Origin: an uncultured Armatimonadia bacterium
GTDB taxonomy: Bacteria > Armatimonadota > Zipacnadia > CAVVLO01
DNA length: 64,000 nucleotides
Reading direction: 5' to 3'
Assembly: GCA_963749155.1 (NCBI GenBank)
Contig: CAVVLO010000003.1
Location: 544,001 to 608,000, forward strand
Part shown: in pieces, positions 1 through 9,860 of the stretch
How positions within the stretch are numbered: the stretch's first letter is position 1
Layout of the letters: the number at the start of each line of letters is the position of its first letter
Position numbers and translations under genes: made by a program
The notes under the pieces: generated by a model
Database searches by the model: none
What the model was told of the DNA's origin: nothing
What the model saw: the letters and a program-made list of their open reading frames with translations, nothing else

Positions 1-90
1 GCCTTCGTTGTGGAGCCAGGCGAATTCGACATACTCGTCGGCGCCTCCTCAAGTGACATCAGGCTGAGGGACAAGATAACGATCAAGTAG
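1..90 (+). CDS. C-terminal end of a GH3 beta-glucosidase (Fn3-like domain), partial
   Basis: Frame 1 reads AFVVEPGEFDILVGASSSDIRLRDKITIK*, the typical VEPGxFxxxVGxSSxDIR tail of GH3 enzymes. Confidence 0.8.
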   Translation, partial: AFVVEPGEFDILVGASSSDIRLRDKITIK

Positions 91-106
91 GAAGCCCTGA
101 TATGGG

Positions 107-337
107 GGTGCAAGGGTAAAACCCTTGCACCATCGAGGCTAGTTGGCGAGCGTAGAAGGCGAAAGGCGCAGGGGATGTGGTCAGGATCTCTCGATGGTGC
201 AGGGATTGCATCCCTGCACCTCGTTAGTTGTCCGGCTTGGGTGCAAGGGTAAAACCCTTGCACCATCGAAGTTTTTTGCCCTCTGGTTTCGAGGACGTGT
301 CACCGTTTGTTTCGGGAGCAAGCTCCCGAAACACGCG
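107..337. repeat. REP-like palindrome cluster 1 (three class A hairpins, one class B)
   Basis: GGTGCAAGGGT-AAA-ACCCTTGCACC-ATCG at 107-135 and 240-268; inverted variant CGAT-GGTGCAGGGAT-TGC-ATCCCTGCACC at 192-220; GTTTCGGGAGC-AA-GCTCCCGAAAC-ACGCG at 309-337; lies between convergent genes. Confidence 0.85.
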
Positions 338-351
338 ATGAGTGGAGAGCC

Positions 352-1608
352 TTACTCCAGCCCGTAGAACTTCGCGGGGTTGTCGTGGAGCCAGGCCTTG
401 CAGATGAATTTCGCGCCGTCGAGATCGAGCTTGCCACTCGCGATACGCTCCGCCAGGGCCTCGGCGATAGTCTCCCTCGCCATTACGAGATGGCCGTAGA
501 CGTTTTCCACCGCCCAAGTATAGTCACCGCCGAAACCAAACACCTTGTTCACGGGCACGGTGTCCAGCAGTTCAGTGATGCTCCGGCGGGTTATCTCCTG
601 GCTGACCGCGTAGCACCAGCCCAAATTGAGGTGGACGTTGGCAAAGCTCTTGGCGAGGAATATGGCCTCGCGCGCATAGGGCATCCCCAGGTGATAGACA
701 TCCATCCTGAGCGCTGGGTAATGCTGAGCCAGCCCGATGACATGCTCCGGATGCAGGGGGCGGAAATCACCCCAGACGCCGGTGTGGATGGCCACTGGCC
801 AGTCCCACTCCGAGGCCTTGCGTAGCACCCAGTCGCGCACCGTTGCCGCCAGGACAGGAGTCGCAGGCTTGCCAGTTTTGACATCCAGGTAGGCGGCGCG
901 AGCGTCGCTGGTATCCGCTGACGGAAGGCACAGTGCGCGCAACTTGAAGCCAACCGCACCGGCGGCTCGGGCTCGCTGGAGACAGCCTTCGTAGGCTTCC
1001 AGGTACTCGTCCAGCGATGCCAGCTCCTTTCCGACTTCCTCTTCGAGTGAGTGGAGGAAGGTCAGACTGCCGAAGTCCACACTGGCGTCGTGCCTGAAGA
1101 GGGGCGTGAGCAGGTCCGGGGGATCCTGCCCCTCTACCTGGCCATTCTGTACCAGGGCTGTGCGGAGGTTGCACTTGTCGCGCAGGATCCGGTGATAAAG
1201 GCCCTTCGTATTGGCGGCCTGCAACCGCGCGGAGACCTCCTGGTAGTTGGAGTCACCAAGACCTTCGATGTCGAAGAGGTCGCGCAAGGCGATGGCGCTC
1301 GGGCGATAGTAGGTGCCAAAGTGTATCTGCTGCAGCCAGGGCCAGGCGAGCTTCCAGCGCTCTTCCAGCGGTATGGTCGTATCCAGGAAGAAGTTTCTGT
1401 TTCTGCCGCTGGCAAGGCCCTCGGTGGGCATCCCGGCACTCACCGCGTCCACGAAAGTGTACTGATAGAAGAGCGTCAGCACATCGACTTGCCTCTCGAC
1501 CCGGCGATACTCGGGCACAAGATGCTCGTGACAGTCCACACTGGTAAGCCCGCTCAGCCAGCCGATAAGGTCATCGCGGACTTGCTCATAGCGGGCCGAA
1601 AGGTTCAT
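352..1608 (-). CDS. Amidohydrolase family protein (Amidohydro_2 / uronate isomerase-like), copy 1, 418 aa
   Basis: DCHEH, IHTG and FGGD metal-site motifs; ATG at 1608 preceded by AAGGAG; the 645-aa ORF call is an artefactual upstream extension. Confidence 0.85.
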   Translation of the reverse strand: MNLSARYEQVRDDLIGWLSGLTSVDCHEHLVPEYRRVERQVDVLTLFYQYTFVDAVSAGMPTEGLASGRNRNFFLDTTIPLEERWKLAWPWLQQIHFGTYYRPSAIALRDLFDIEGLGDSNYQEVSARLQAANTKGLYHRILRDKCNLRTALVQNGQVEGQDPPDLLTPLFRHDASVDFGSLTFLHSLEEEVGKELASLDEYLEAYEGCLQRARAAGAVGFKLRALCLPSADTSDARAAYLDVKTGKPATPVLAATVRDWVLRKASEWDWPVAIHTGVWGDFRPLHPEHVIGLAQHYPALRMDVYHLGMPYAREAIFLAKSFANVHLNLGWCYAVSQEITRRSITELLDTVPVNKVFGFGGDYTWAVENVYGHLVMARETIAEALAERIASGKLDLDGAKFICKAWLHDNPAKFYGLE

Positions 1609-1674
1609 CGGTGAAGGCTCCTTTGCCCAAGGTGAAACGATGCTGCCCCTGCGCCAGCGGCGCCCTCTCCCCTG

Positions 1675-1817
1675 GCGTGTATCGGGAGCTTGCTCCCGAT
1701 ACCTCCTCCGGGCTTTAGGATCGTAGTAGGGGCGGGTCTGAGACCCGCCCAGTTTTTTGCCCTCTGGTTTCGAGGACGTGTCACCGTTTGTTTCGGGAGC
1801 AAGCTCCCGAAACACGC
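1675..1817. repeat. REP-like cluster 2: inverted pair of class B hairpins around a GTAG-footed class C hairpin
   Basis: GCGT-GTATCGGGAGC-TT-GCTCCCGATAC 1675-1702; GTAG-GGGCGGGTC-TGA-GACCCGCCC 1726-1750; GTTTCGGGAGC-AA-GCTCCCGAAAC-ACGC 1790-1817. Confidence 0.85.
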
Positions 1818-1832
1818 GATGAGTGGAGAGCC

Positions 1833-3089
1833 TTACTCCAGCCCGTAGAACTTCGCGGGGTTGTCGTGGAGCCAGGCCTCCGAGATGAATTTGGCGCCGT
1901 CGAGATCGAGCTTGCCACTCGCGATGCGCTCCGCCAGGGCCTCGGCGATAGTCTCCCTCGCCATTACGAGATGGCCGTAGACGTTCTCCACCGCCCAGAT
2001 GTAGTCCGCGCCAAACCCGAACACCTTGTTGACCGGCACCGTGTCCAGCAGTTCGTTGATGGTGCGACGAGTTATCTCCTGGCTGACCGCATAACACCAG
2101 CACAGGTTGAGGTGCACGTTGGCGAAGCTCTTGGCGAGGAAGACAGCCTCGCGCGCATACGGCATCCCGAGGTGGTAGACCTCCATCCGGGTGCCTGGAT
2201 GGCGCATAGCCAGGTCGATGACATTTTCCGGCTGCATCAGACGGAAGTCGTTCCACACGCCAGTGTGGATTGCGATAGGCCAGTCCCACTCCCCGGCTTT
2301 GCGAAGCACCCAGTCGCGTACCGTGCCCGCCAGGACAGGCGCCGCGGGCTTGCCGGCCTTTACCTCGAGATAGGCGAGACGGGCGGCGTCCATATCCGCC
2401 TGGGGAAACACCAAAGCGCCGATCTTGAACCCCACCGCGCCGGCTGAACGCGCCTTCAGGAGGTGCGTTTCGAAGGCTTCGAGATACTCGTCCAGGGTCG
2501 CAAGGGGCTTCCCCACTTCCTCCTCCAGCGCCGAGAGGAACATCGTATGGCAGAAATCGTAGCTTGCGGTGTTGCTGAAGAGGGGCGTGAAGAGGTCAGC
2601 GGGGTCCTGCCCCTCCACCATACCGTTCTGCACGATGGCGGTGCGGATATTACACTTGTCGCGCAGGATGCGGTGATAGAGGCCTTTGGTGTTGGCGGCC
2701 TGCATCCGCGCGGAGATTTCCTGATAGTTATCCTCGCCCAGTTCTGTCACATCGTAGAGGTCGCGCAAGGCGAGGGCACTTGGGCGATAATAGGTGCCAA
2801 AGCGGATCTGCTGCAGCCAGGGCCAGGCGAGCTTCCAGCGCTCTTCAAGCGGCATATTGGTGTCGAGGAAGAAGTTCCCTCCGATGCCGTTTGCCAGGCC
2901 TTCGGTCGGCATCCCGGCGCTCATCGTGTCGACGAAGGCGTAGAGCGAGAACAGTGTCAGCACATCTACCTGACGCTCCAGACGGCGGTATTCGGGGACC
3001 AGATGCTCGTGGCAGTCGATGATGGTGAGGCCGCTCATATGCGCGATGAGGTCGTTCCGGGCTTCTTCATAGCGGTTGGAGAGGTTCAT
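1833..3089 (-). CDS. Amidohydrolase family protein, copy 2 (tandem paralogue), 418 aa
   Basis: Same length and motifs (DCHEH, IHTG, FGAD) as 352-1608, offset 1481 bp; ATG at 3089 preceded by AAGGAG. Confidence 0.85.
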   Translation of the reverse strand: MNLSNRYEEARNDLIAHMSGLTIIDCHEHLVPEYRRLERQVDVLTLFSLYAFVDTMSAGMPTEGLANGIGGNFFLDTNMPLEERWKLAWPWLQQIRFGTYYRPSALALRDLYDVTELGEDNYQEISARMQAANTKGLYHRILRDKCNIRTAIVQNGMVEGQDPADLFTPLFSNTASYDFCHTMFLSALEEEVGKPLATLDEYLEAFETHLLKARSAGAVGFKIGALVFPQADMDAARLAYLEVKAGKPAAPVLAGTVRDWVLRKAGEWDWPIAIHTGVWNDFRLMQPENVIDLAMRHPGTRMEVYHLGMPYAREAVFLAKSFANVHLNLCWCYAVSQEITRRTINELLDTVPVNKVFGFGADYIWAVENVYGHLVMARETIAEALAERIASGKLDLDGAKFISEAWLHDNPAKFYGLE

Positions 3090-3136
3090 TACTAAGGACT
3101 CCTTTCCATCAGGCAAATATTTGGTCACTAATTGCG

Positions 3137-3166
3137 ATGTTAGCCCATAGAAAAGGTATTAAGCAA
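3137..3166 (-). promoter_or_regulatory. Candidate sigma70-type promoter for the amidohydrolase pair
   Basis: TTGCTT-N18-TAACAT on the minus strand in an AT-rich intergenic gap. Confidence 0.4.
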
Positions 3167-3260
3167 GGAAGGGAAAACGCCAATCTAGGGTAAAATGGAA
3201 ACAGCAGACCGCCAGTTGCCCGACGGGCTGGTGTAAGAGTGTGCCAAGGGGAGGGTTCTG

Positions 3261-4171
3261 ATGCGCAAATTTTCAACTGATTGGGCGCGCCTTATCGCTT
3301 TAATGGTCGCGCTCAGCCTTAACGCTTCTCATTGCCGCCGGTTGCGGCGGAGGCGGGGGCACAAGCGCCACTCCGCTGACTGTGGACGAAGCGGCCACGC
3401 TAACACGGGAAGCAAGCTCGCCCACCGGACCGCTACCACCCGAGCTCGAGAGCACTTTTATGGAAGTGCTGGTCATCAGCGGGGGCGCATATCTTGACAG
3501 CAAAGCGGCCGAGGCGCGGGCAATTGGCGAAGATTATGATTTCACAGTAAACGGTATCCACTTCGTGGGCGCAAGTTCGGTGGACGACCTGACGGGCGCC
3601 ATCTCGGGCAGTGGCACCATCCAGGGCACGCTGGCAGGCACGGACACCCCTGCTGACGGGACTGTAGTGGACCTAACCCACAGCTTCAGTATGTGGCTCT
3701 CCTTTACCCAGACAGTCGCTGGCAGTATCACCCCGCCAGGCGAGCCCACTTACGGCATCGACAGAACCTGGGAAGGCACTTTTAATGGCTCTGTGGCGGC
3801 TTTTACAGACGAGACAGAACTCACCTATGATGGAGTCTGGGTCTTCCGCAACTCCCTCGAGATGACAGTTGACGTAACGGGCGAGGACTTCGTACTGACG
3901 CAGGACGGCACCTCTGAGGCGCGCAAGAGCGATGACTCAGGGGCGGGAGTAGAAGTAGTCTTCGACCAGGTGAGTTATTATCTGGACGATGATTTCCAGC
4001 CGTATTATACGGCGGGCACTATCAGCGTCGAGAGTTATGATGGATACACTGCCGAATTGACAGTGCAGCCTGATGGCACGATGCAGGGCGACCTCGTACG
4101 ATCCGGCGGATGTGCTGGTTGGCACGCTCACGCTGGAGGGGTGGCTCCTCTCCTTCGTCGAAGTCGTCTAG
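3261..4171 (+). CDS. Hypothetical lipoprotein (frameshifts near 3320 and 4110)
   Basis: Joined frames give MRKFSTDWARLIALMVALSL/TLLIAAG-CGGGGGTS (lipobox), a beta-rich acidic body, and ...DVLVGTLTLEGWLLSFVEVV* ending just before a terminator. Confidence 0.65.
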
Positions 4172-4193
4172 CAACTTGCCGAACAAGTGAAGC

Positions 4194-4227
4194 AAAAAGC
4201 CCGGGCCAAAGTGGCTCGGGCTTTTTT
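4194..4227. terminator. Bidirectional intrinsic terminator
   Basis: AAAAAGCCCGGGCCA-AAG-TGGCTCGGGCTTTTTT. Confidence 0.8.
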
Positions 4228-4238
4228 ATGGCGTCTTT

Positions 4239-4675
4239 CCCTCTGGTTTCGGCCCTGAAAGGGTGCAAGGGTAGAACCCTTGCACCATCGGTTTTCAAGG
4301 GTCTGATGGTGCAGGGGCTCGGCCCCTGCACCTTATGGTTTCGGGAACAAGTTCCCGAAACACGCGGTAGGCGTCTGGCATCGGCGCGTCGAAGGGGCGG
4401 GTCTGAGACCCGCCCAGCCTTCTCGCGTGCTCTCTCCGAAGGGTGCAGGGTGACCGTGGTCTGGAGACCCGCCCAGCCTTTCTCGCGTGCTCTCTCCGAA
4501 AGGGTGCAAGGGTAGAACCCTTGCACCATCGGTTTTTGGAGACCCGCCCAGCCTTTATTTGTGTGTTTTGAAAGGGTGCAAGGGTAGAACCCTTGCACCA
4601 TCGGTTTCTGGAGACCCGCCCAGCCTTCTGCGGCGCGAAGCGAAACCGGGGTGCAGGGGCGAGTCGCCCCTGCGC
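4239..4675. repeat. REP-like mosaic cluster 3 (classes A, B, C and locally amplified ~60-72 bp units)
   Basis: GGTGCAAGGGT-AGA-ACCCTTGCACC-ATCG at 4262, 4503 and 4575; GATGGTGCAGGGGC-TCG-GCCCCTGCACC at 4305; class B at 4338; class C at 4395; GAGACCCGCCCAGCC occurs four times; GCAGGGGCGA-G-TCGCCCCTGC at 4653. Confidence 0.85.
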
Positions 4676-4695
4676 TCTTCCCCAGATTTGGGCGC

Positions 4696-6620
4696 TTACA
4701 CCATATCTCCAAACCGGTCGTCGATATAGGCGACGCCGCGGCTCTTGTCGTCGAAAGCATCGGCGCGATAGGGCCACAGGCAGAAAGCGAAGTCGTCTGT
4801 CAGGCGCACGGCCTTCACCACGAGGCGGTTGGGGCCGGCCTTCAGCTTGCAGCCAATCCACGCCTCGTTGGTCGTCCACGAGGTCGACTTCTCGGTGCGG
4901 TAGACCTCTTCCCCGTTGACCCACATCACGAAGGGGCCGACGTTGCCGCCGATGAGCACCTGGTCGCAGTCGAAGGGGGCGACGAACTCCCGGGTGAAGT
5001 AATAGCAGGCCTCGCCTGTGAAGCCGCCCATATCGTCCTGGTCGAAGTAGTCGGTTGAGCTCTCCAGCTTGAAGGGGTACTCCTCCGGCAGCGGCCCGGC
5101 CAGCAGTGCCGCCTCGTCCAGGTACGGCTTGGTTAGGTAGGCATACTGATGGGAGCCTGCCCTGCCGCAGCCGGCCAGATGAGGGTTCTTCTTCACCTCG
5201 GCGTTGTGGAAGGGGCACACCTCCCCGTATTGCTCGATGTCGTAGATGTCCCAGTAAGGGCCGTAGAGGGTCCATTGGCGCGCGCCGGCCAGGCCAAAAG
5301 TCAGGAGAGTTGCCCTTCTCCCTCCCAGCGCAGCTCGAAGAGATTCTTGTCCATCAGAGGGCCGGCGCCTTCGCGCCTGCCAACGGTGAAGCCGACCACC
5401 TGCGACTCGCCCTCGGCAAGTTCCAACTCGACCTGCTGGGGCGAAACGCGCACGCCCTCGGGCGGGGTGAGCGAGAGAACACCCTGCTTGCGACCGCCGT
5501 TGTTCTCGACCAGCACCTCGACGTCGGTCGTGCGTTCCGCCCAGAGGGTCGGCGCGCCGAGGTAGGCAACGTTCAGTTCAACCTCGCTCACTTCCGGCCA
5601 GCGCACATGCACCAGTGGGGCCGAGGTGATCTCGACCAGCGGACTGCGAGCCAGGGTGACCTCGACACCGACCCGGGCGGTGTCCTCGGAGAACTCCGAA
5701 AGGAGAGACGTCTTGTGCGCGACCTCTACATCGCAGGCGAGGCGATCGCCGAGGCGCTCCTTCCAAGGGGCGGGGATGGCCTCGCCACCGATCAGGATAC
5801 CAAGCAGCGCGCCGACGGTCGCGGCGGTGCAGTCGGTGTCCCAGCCGGAGTTCAGCGAGATAAGCAAGGTCTGGTCGAAGTCTCCCTCGCCCAGCCTCAG
5901 GGCCATCTGCAGCAGCGCCTGGTTGGTTATGGCTTTGCTGCAGTCGCGATGACCCCAGCGGCGGATGATATCGGTCCAGGCCTGCTGCCAGTCATCGGTG
6001 CACTCGCACAGCAACTCTACCTCGCGCGTAACCTCGGCAAGCTCCGAGTCGGGCGGGATAACCGCAAGCCCGGCGTCCAGGCACTCTTCTACCGTACTGC
6101 AGAAGAAGGCCTCGGCCGCTGCGGCAGCGAGGAAACTTTCCGCATAGACACTGGTGCGGATGTGATCGAGCTGGCCATCTTGCCTCGCGTAGTGAGCGGC
6201 AAGCTCGGGATTGCCCGGGCAGATGACACCCCAGATCTCGCTGCGGATGGGGCAGCCCATAGACTCGCGGAACCACTTGTTGTTGAAGCCGCCCGACAGC
6301 GGCGGTGCGATGCCGCGCTGCCAGTTGTAAAGGAAGGAGCCATATTCTGCAAAGTTGTACCAGCAGTGGTCCTGCCAATACTGCGCCAGGTCCCGGCTGG
6401 TGATGAAGGGGCCCTTCTCCTCAAGCAGCTCGAGCCAGACGACCTGGATGTCGAGATCATCGTTGGGCATTATCTCGGCGGGCCAACAGTCATCCAGGCA
6501 GAAGTCCATCCTCAGCTTGTGGCCCTCCACCGGGGCGCCAATAGTGCCCCCAACGGATTTCCCAATCCAGGCGCCTAGAATCTTGTCAACGTAGGTGGGG
6601 TATTCGATTGCGCGTTTCAC
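4696..6620 (-). CDS. ADP-ribosylglycohydrolase family protein with C-terminal beta-sandwich extension (frameshift near 5300)
   Basis: DKILGAWIGKSVGGTIGAPVEG, NDDLD, GCPIRSEIWG and GWDTDCTAATVGALLG motifs; GTG start with AGGAG; continues into ORF 4696-5220. Confidence 0.85.
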
Positions 6621-6642
6621 AGCTAATCCTCTCCTGATTAAC

Positions 6643-9600
6643 TTACTGCCCCAAAGGGGCTGTTATTTCCAGAGTCTGGGCGACTTCTGCCCGGCGGTAC
6701 TTTCACAAACAACAGGCCCGGTCCGGCACATACAGCCAGCCCGATGGGACCGCATCGTCGAACTGGCCCACTTCAGGCACTTCCGCGCCGGCGCAGGTTA
6801 CTCCGGTCGGTTTGCCAAGTCCAGCCAGCAGCACGAGATAGCTCTGCGGCTGGGGCTTCTCCAGCACGAGCTTCAACCCTCCATCCGCAAGAGGGGCCGC
6901 GTCGGTGACTTTGGCTGAGGTGGTCCAGCGCACTTCCTTCCCCGCAAGTGTGGCGGTGGAGGTCGTCCAGGATTCGTCCTCGCCCAGCATCCGGACGAAG
7001 TGCTTCACGATTATGAGCGGGTTGATACCAGGGCCGCCAGGTGTCTTGCTACCCGTCTGCATAAAGTCGGGATACAGCCCAAGCTGCTCGCCCTCGTCAT
7101 ACTGCCAGCGATGGCCTGCTTCGGCGATATAGAGAGCGGTCATCCCCCAGGGAAAGGTGAGCTTGCCCAGGCTCTCCTCCATCTCGGCCAGGTCAAACAG
7201 GGCGGTTGCGAACTCCAGCCCCACCCATTGCACCGGGCGGCCTGGCCACCATTCGTGGCCCAGCACCGAGACCGTACTGCCAAACATAAGCGGCCAGTCG
7301 GGATAGCTCCACCAGTAGATGAAGGGTAGACTGATGGTCGCCCAATAGCGCGCCTGGTCGATATACTTCAGGTCTTTTGTGAGGCGGTAGGCCGCAAGGC
7401 AGCAGCGGATGCCCAGGCCGGCGGCGCGCAGATTAGGATCGTGAAGCTGGATCTCCCACACCTCGGCGCCCTCGGGCCGCTCGAGCGTCTCCATAAAATC
7501 ACAGGCTTTGAGGCCAGCAGCGGTGAGCTCGCGGATCGCCTGTATACTCGGCCCAGGTCAGGATTGGCAACGCCGCCATCGCGGTCGTACCGAGAGAAGT
7601 GTCGCCCTCCTTCCCCGTTGGCTCGCCTTGCCATAGTATCTCGTGATAGGGGAAGGACCCATCGGCGCGCTGCTCCGCGAGGGAGGCCTTTGCCGCCCCA
7701 TATTCGCCCATCAGCGCGGTAGGATTCAGCCCCCACTGCCAGCACAGGTCCCGCGTGAACAAGCCACCCCGACCCTCCGCTTTCGCGCGGTCAAGGGCCG
7801 TCTCGACCACTGCGGCGGTCTGGGCGACCTGGGCTGGGTCGAGGTCCAGCTTGTCCTCGCCCGCCAACTCGACAACCTTCCAGAGATACCAGACCAGATC
7901 GGGCGCGAGCCAGTTCTTGCTGCCGCCAAGCTCGGGAAGCTGCGAACTCCACATCGCGGTATCGGGGTGCCAAAGGGTCTTCGTGAAAGCCGCCAGGCTG
8001 AGGTTCAGGGCCTCCGAGGGCGATACAAGCTGGCGCTCATCTCCCGGCACAGGGAAGCCTTCGCGCCTAAAGTAATCCAGCACCAGTGTGGGAAGCTCTC
8101 TCTCCGCCTGGGTTGTTAGCGTTGCGCTCAGAGTAAGCGCCTTGCCGGCACCCAGTTGGTAGGGCCTGGCGGGCGCAGAATCGTTCTCGGCAAGCCAGTC
8201 CGGGACACTCGGCAGCGCCAGTTCGAGCAGATGGTTGTCGTAACCCTCAAGCCAGTTGGGTGAGGCGAAGCGCGCGGTCGGGTAGCGGTGCTCGCCATCC
8301 CATTTCTGCAGAGGATCCCACATAAGGCCCGCCGAGAGGCCGGCCTTCAGCACAAACATATAGGGGAAGGTGACCATCCCCGGCTGCGGCTGGAAGCGCG
8401 GACTGCGCCCGCTGGAGGGCTCTCCGGCAAGCAGCATATCGGCCGAGGCGAAGAGGGCCCAGTCCTTTTCCGCGCCGAAGCTGCCCTCACCCGGATAGAG
8501 GCGCAAGGCCGTGAATCGCAGCAACTCGGCGTCCCCATCACAGGTGAGACTGCTCTGGACTGGCAGAAAACCGCCAGGCTCGAAACGAAACCGGACGGTC
8601 AGTGTCCAGGTTCGTCCCAAGCTGTCGGAGGCCTGACCGCTCAGTTCTGTCTTGTTCTCTAGCAGGGCCGGCTTGTCAGTGAAGACAAACCGCAGCAACT
8701 CTGGCTTGCCTTCCTCTCCCAGGCAGGTTACCTGACCGAGCCAGGGCAGCACAGCGGTGGTCGTCCACTGGCCTGCCTGTTTTGCCTGCAGCAGCGCGGG
8801 ACCCCACTCCTCCCCCATCGGCAGGAAGAGCAGTCGCTGCGCCTCATCCCCCAGCGGGGCGCCCTGCTGGAGCGCGTTGGAAGAGACAATTGGCGCCTGG
8901 GTAAGGCTCTCGGCAAGCAGGTTGCCCTCCTTATCAAGCAGCCGAACGCGCAGTTCGCGCAGGCCAGCAAAAGCAGGCAACCAGCGAAAAGTGAGGAGGC
9001 TCTCAGCGCCTGATTCCAGGGCCGGTAAAGCGAGGCGCAGTGCTTTGTCGGGCAACTCGCTTTCGCCACAGCCAAGCAGTTCCAGCGCGCAGGGGCTGGA
9101 GGGCTGGCCGCCGGTGTTCCGCGCCATAACGGTGATGGTGGTTTCCTTCCCCACGGTACTGAGGACCGCCGCGGGCCTCACGCTGACCAGTTCGAGCCGC
9201 GGTCCGACCTCATGGAAAGCGATCTGGGCCAGTTCAATCGTCGAAGCAGGGCCAACGCCGAGGATCAGGTGAGCGAAAGCGGCCCCCTCCGGCGCGCGGA
9301 AGTCGCCTCCGTGCGGGGTGAAGCTGGCCGGGATATTGGCGCCCTTCCAGTCATTGGCGTAGCTGAGATGGCGATGCTGGGCATCGAGCCAGTCGATTGT
9401 CACCTTATAGCCTGACTGACCTTCCGGCTCGCGCACAAGGCAGGTCAGAGAGTAGAGGACGCCGCTTTGCACTGGGAAAGGAGTGGAAGAGACTTGCGTC
9501 TCGACGCCTGCCGCACCTCTCTCGGTCAGCCGGATAGCAGGCCCGACAGGGGTATCAACGAGGGCGACCTCACCAGTTGGGCCTGGGTTGCTGGCCCAAT

Positions 9601-9721
9601 TTGCAAGCCCCTCGGAGAAGTCGGCGTTCAGTACCAGATTCGGGGTAGCCCAGCCTGAATCCTGGGCCAGACAAGGCAAAACAAAGAGCAGCAGCACTAG
9701 CAAGGCTAGCCAGAAGGGCAT
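6643..9721 (-). CDS. Large secreted hypothetical protein: CBM4/9-like, CARDB-like and putative alpha/alpha-toroid domains (frameshifts near 7500 and 6700)
   Basis: Signal peptide MPFWLALLVLLLFVLPCLA; NLVLNADFSEG CBM-like start; ORFs 7499-9721 and 6703-7494 abut; collinear with paralogue 50901-54027. Confidence 0.7.
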
Positions 9722-9750
9722 AAGTATTCCTCCAAGGTGGAGCGTCTACC

Positions 9751-9779
9751 ATTTTGGGGTTTATATGGCCACTGGTCAA
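9751..9779 (-). promoter_or_regulatory. Candidate sigma70-type promoter
   Basis: TTGACC-N17-CAAAAT upstream of the ATG at 9721. Confidence 0.5.
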
Positions 9780-9797
9780 CTGCTATTATGCAACGCG

Positions 9798-9824
9798 GCA
9801 GGGGGCTGGCTCAGGCTGGCGAAC
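9798..9824 (+). promoter_or_regulatory. SigH-like bipartite motif
   Basis: GCAGGG-N16-CGAAC, 37 nt before the GH38 start. Confidence 0.65.
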
Positions 9825-9860
9825 CTGCGAGGCGCAAGTGAAGCGCAAGTTTAGGAGGCG

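Noticed and set aside
352..2289. 645-aa amidohydrolase with a long N-terminal extension
   Set aside because: The extension runs through the paralogue in another frame and through REP DNA; the RBS and the paralogue fix the start at 1608
3160..3260. c-di-GMP-I or other riboswitch upstream of the lipoprotein (GCCAGTTGCC)
   Set aside because: Only the 3' word matches; I could not build the P1/P2 stems or the tetraloop and receptor. An Rfam scan would settle it
4258..4630. CRISPR array (palindromic ~30-nt repeat at 4262, 4503, 4575)
   Set aside because: Spacing is irregular, the intervening sequences are themselves repeats, orientation alternates, and no cas genes are present
3382..4760. ORFs 3382-4515 and 4128-4760 spanning the repeat cluster
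   Set aside because: They translate a terminator and REP palindromes; the lipoprotein most plausibly ends at 4171
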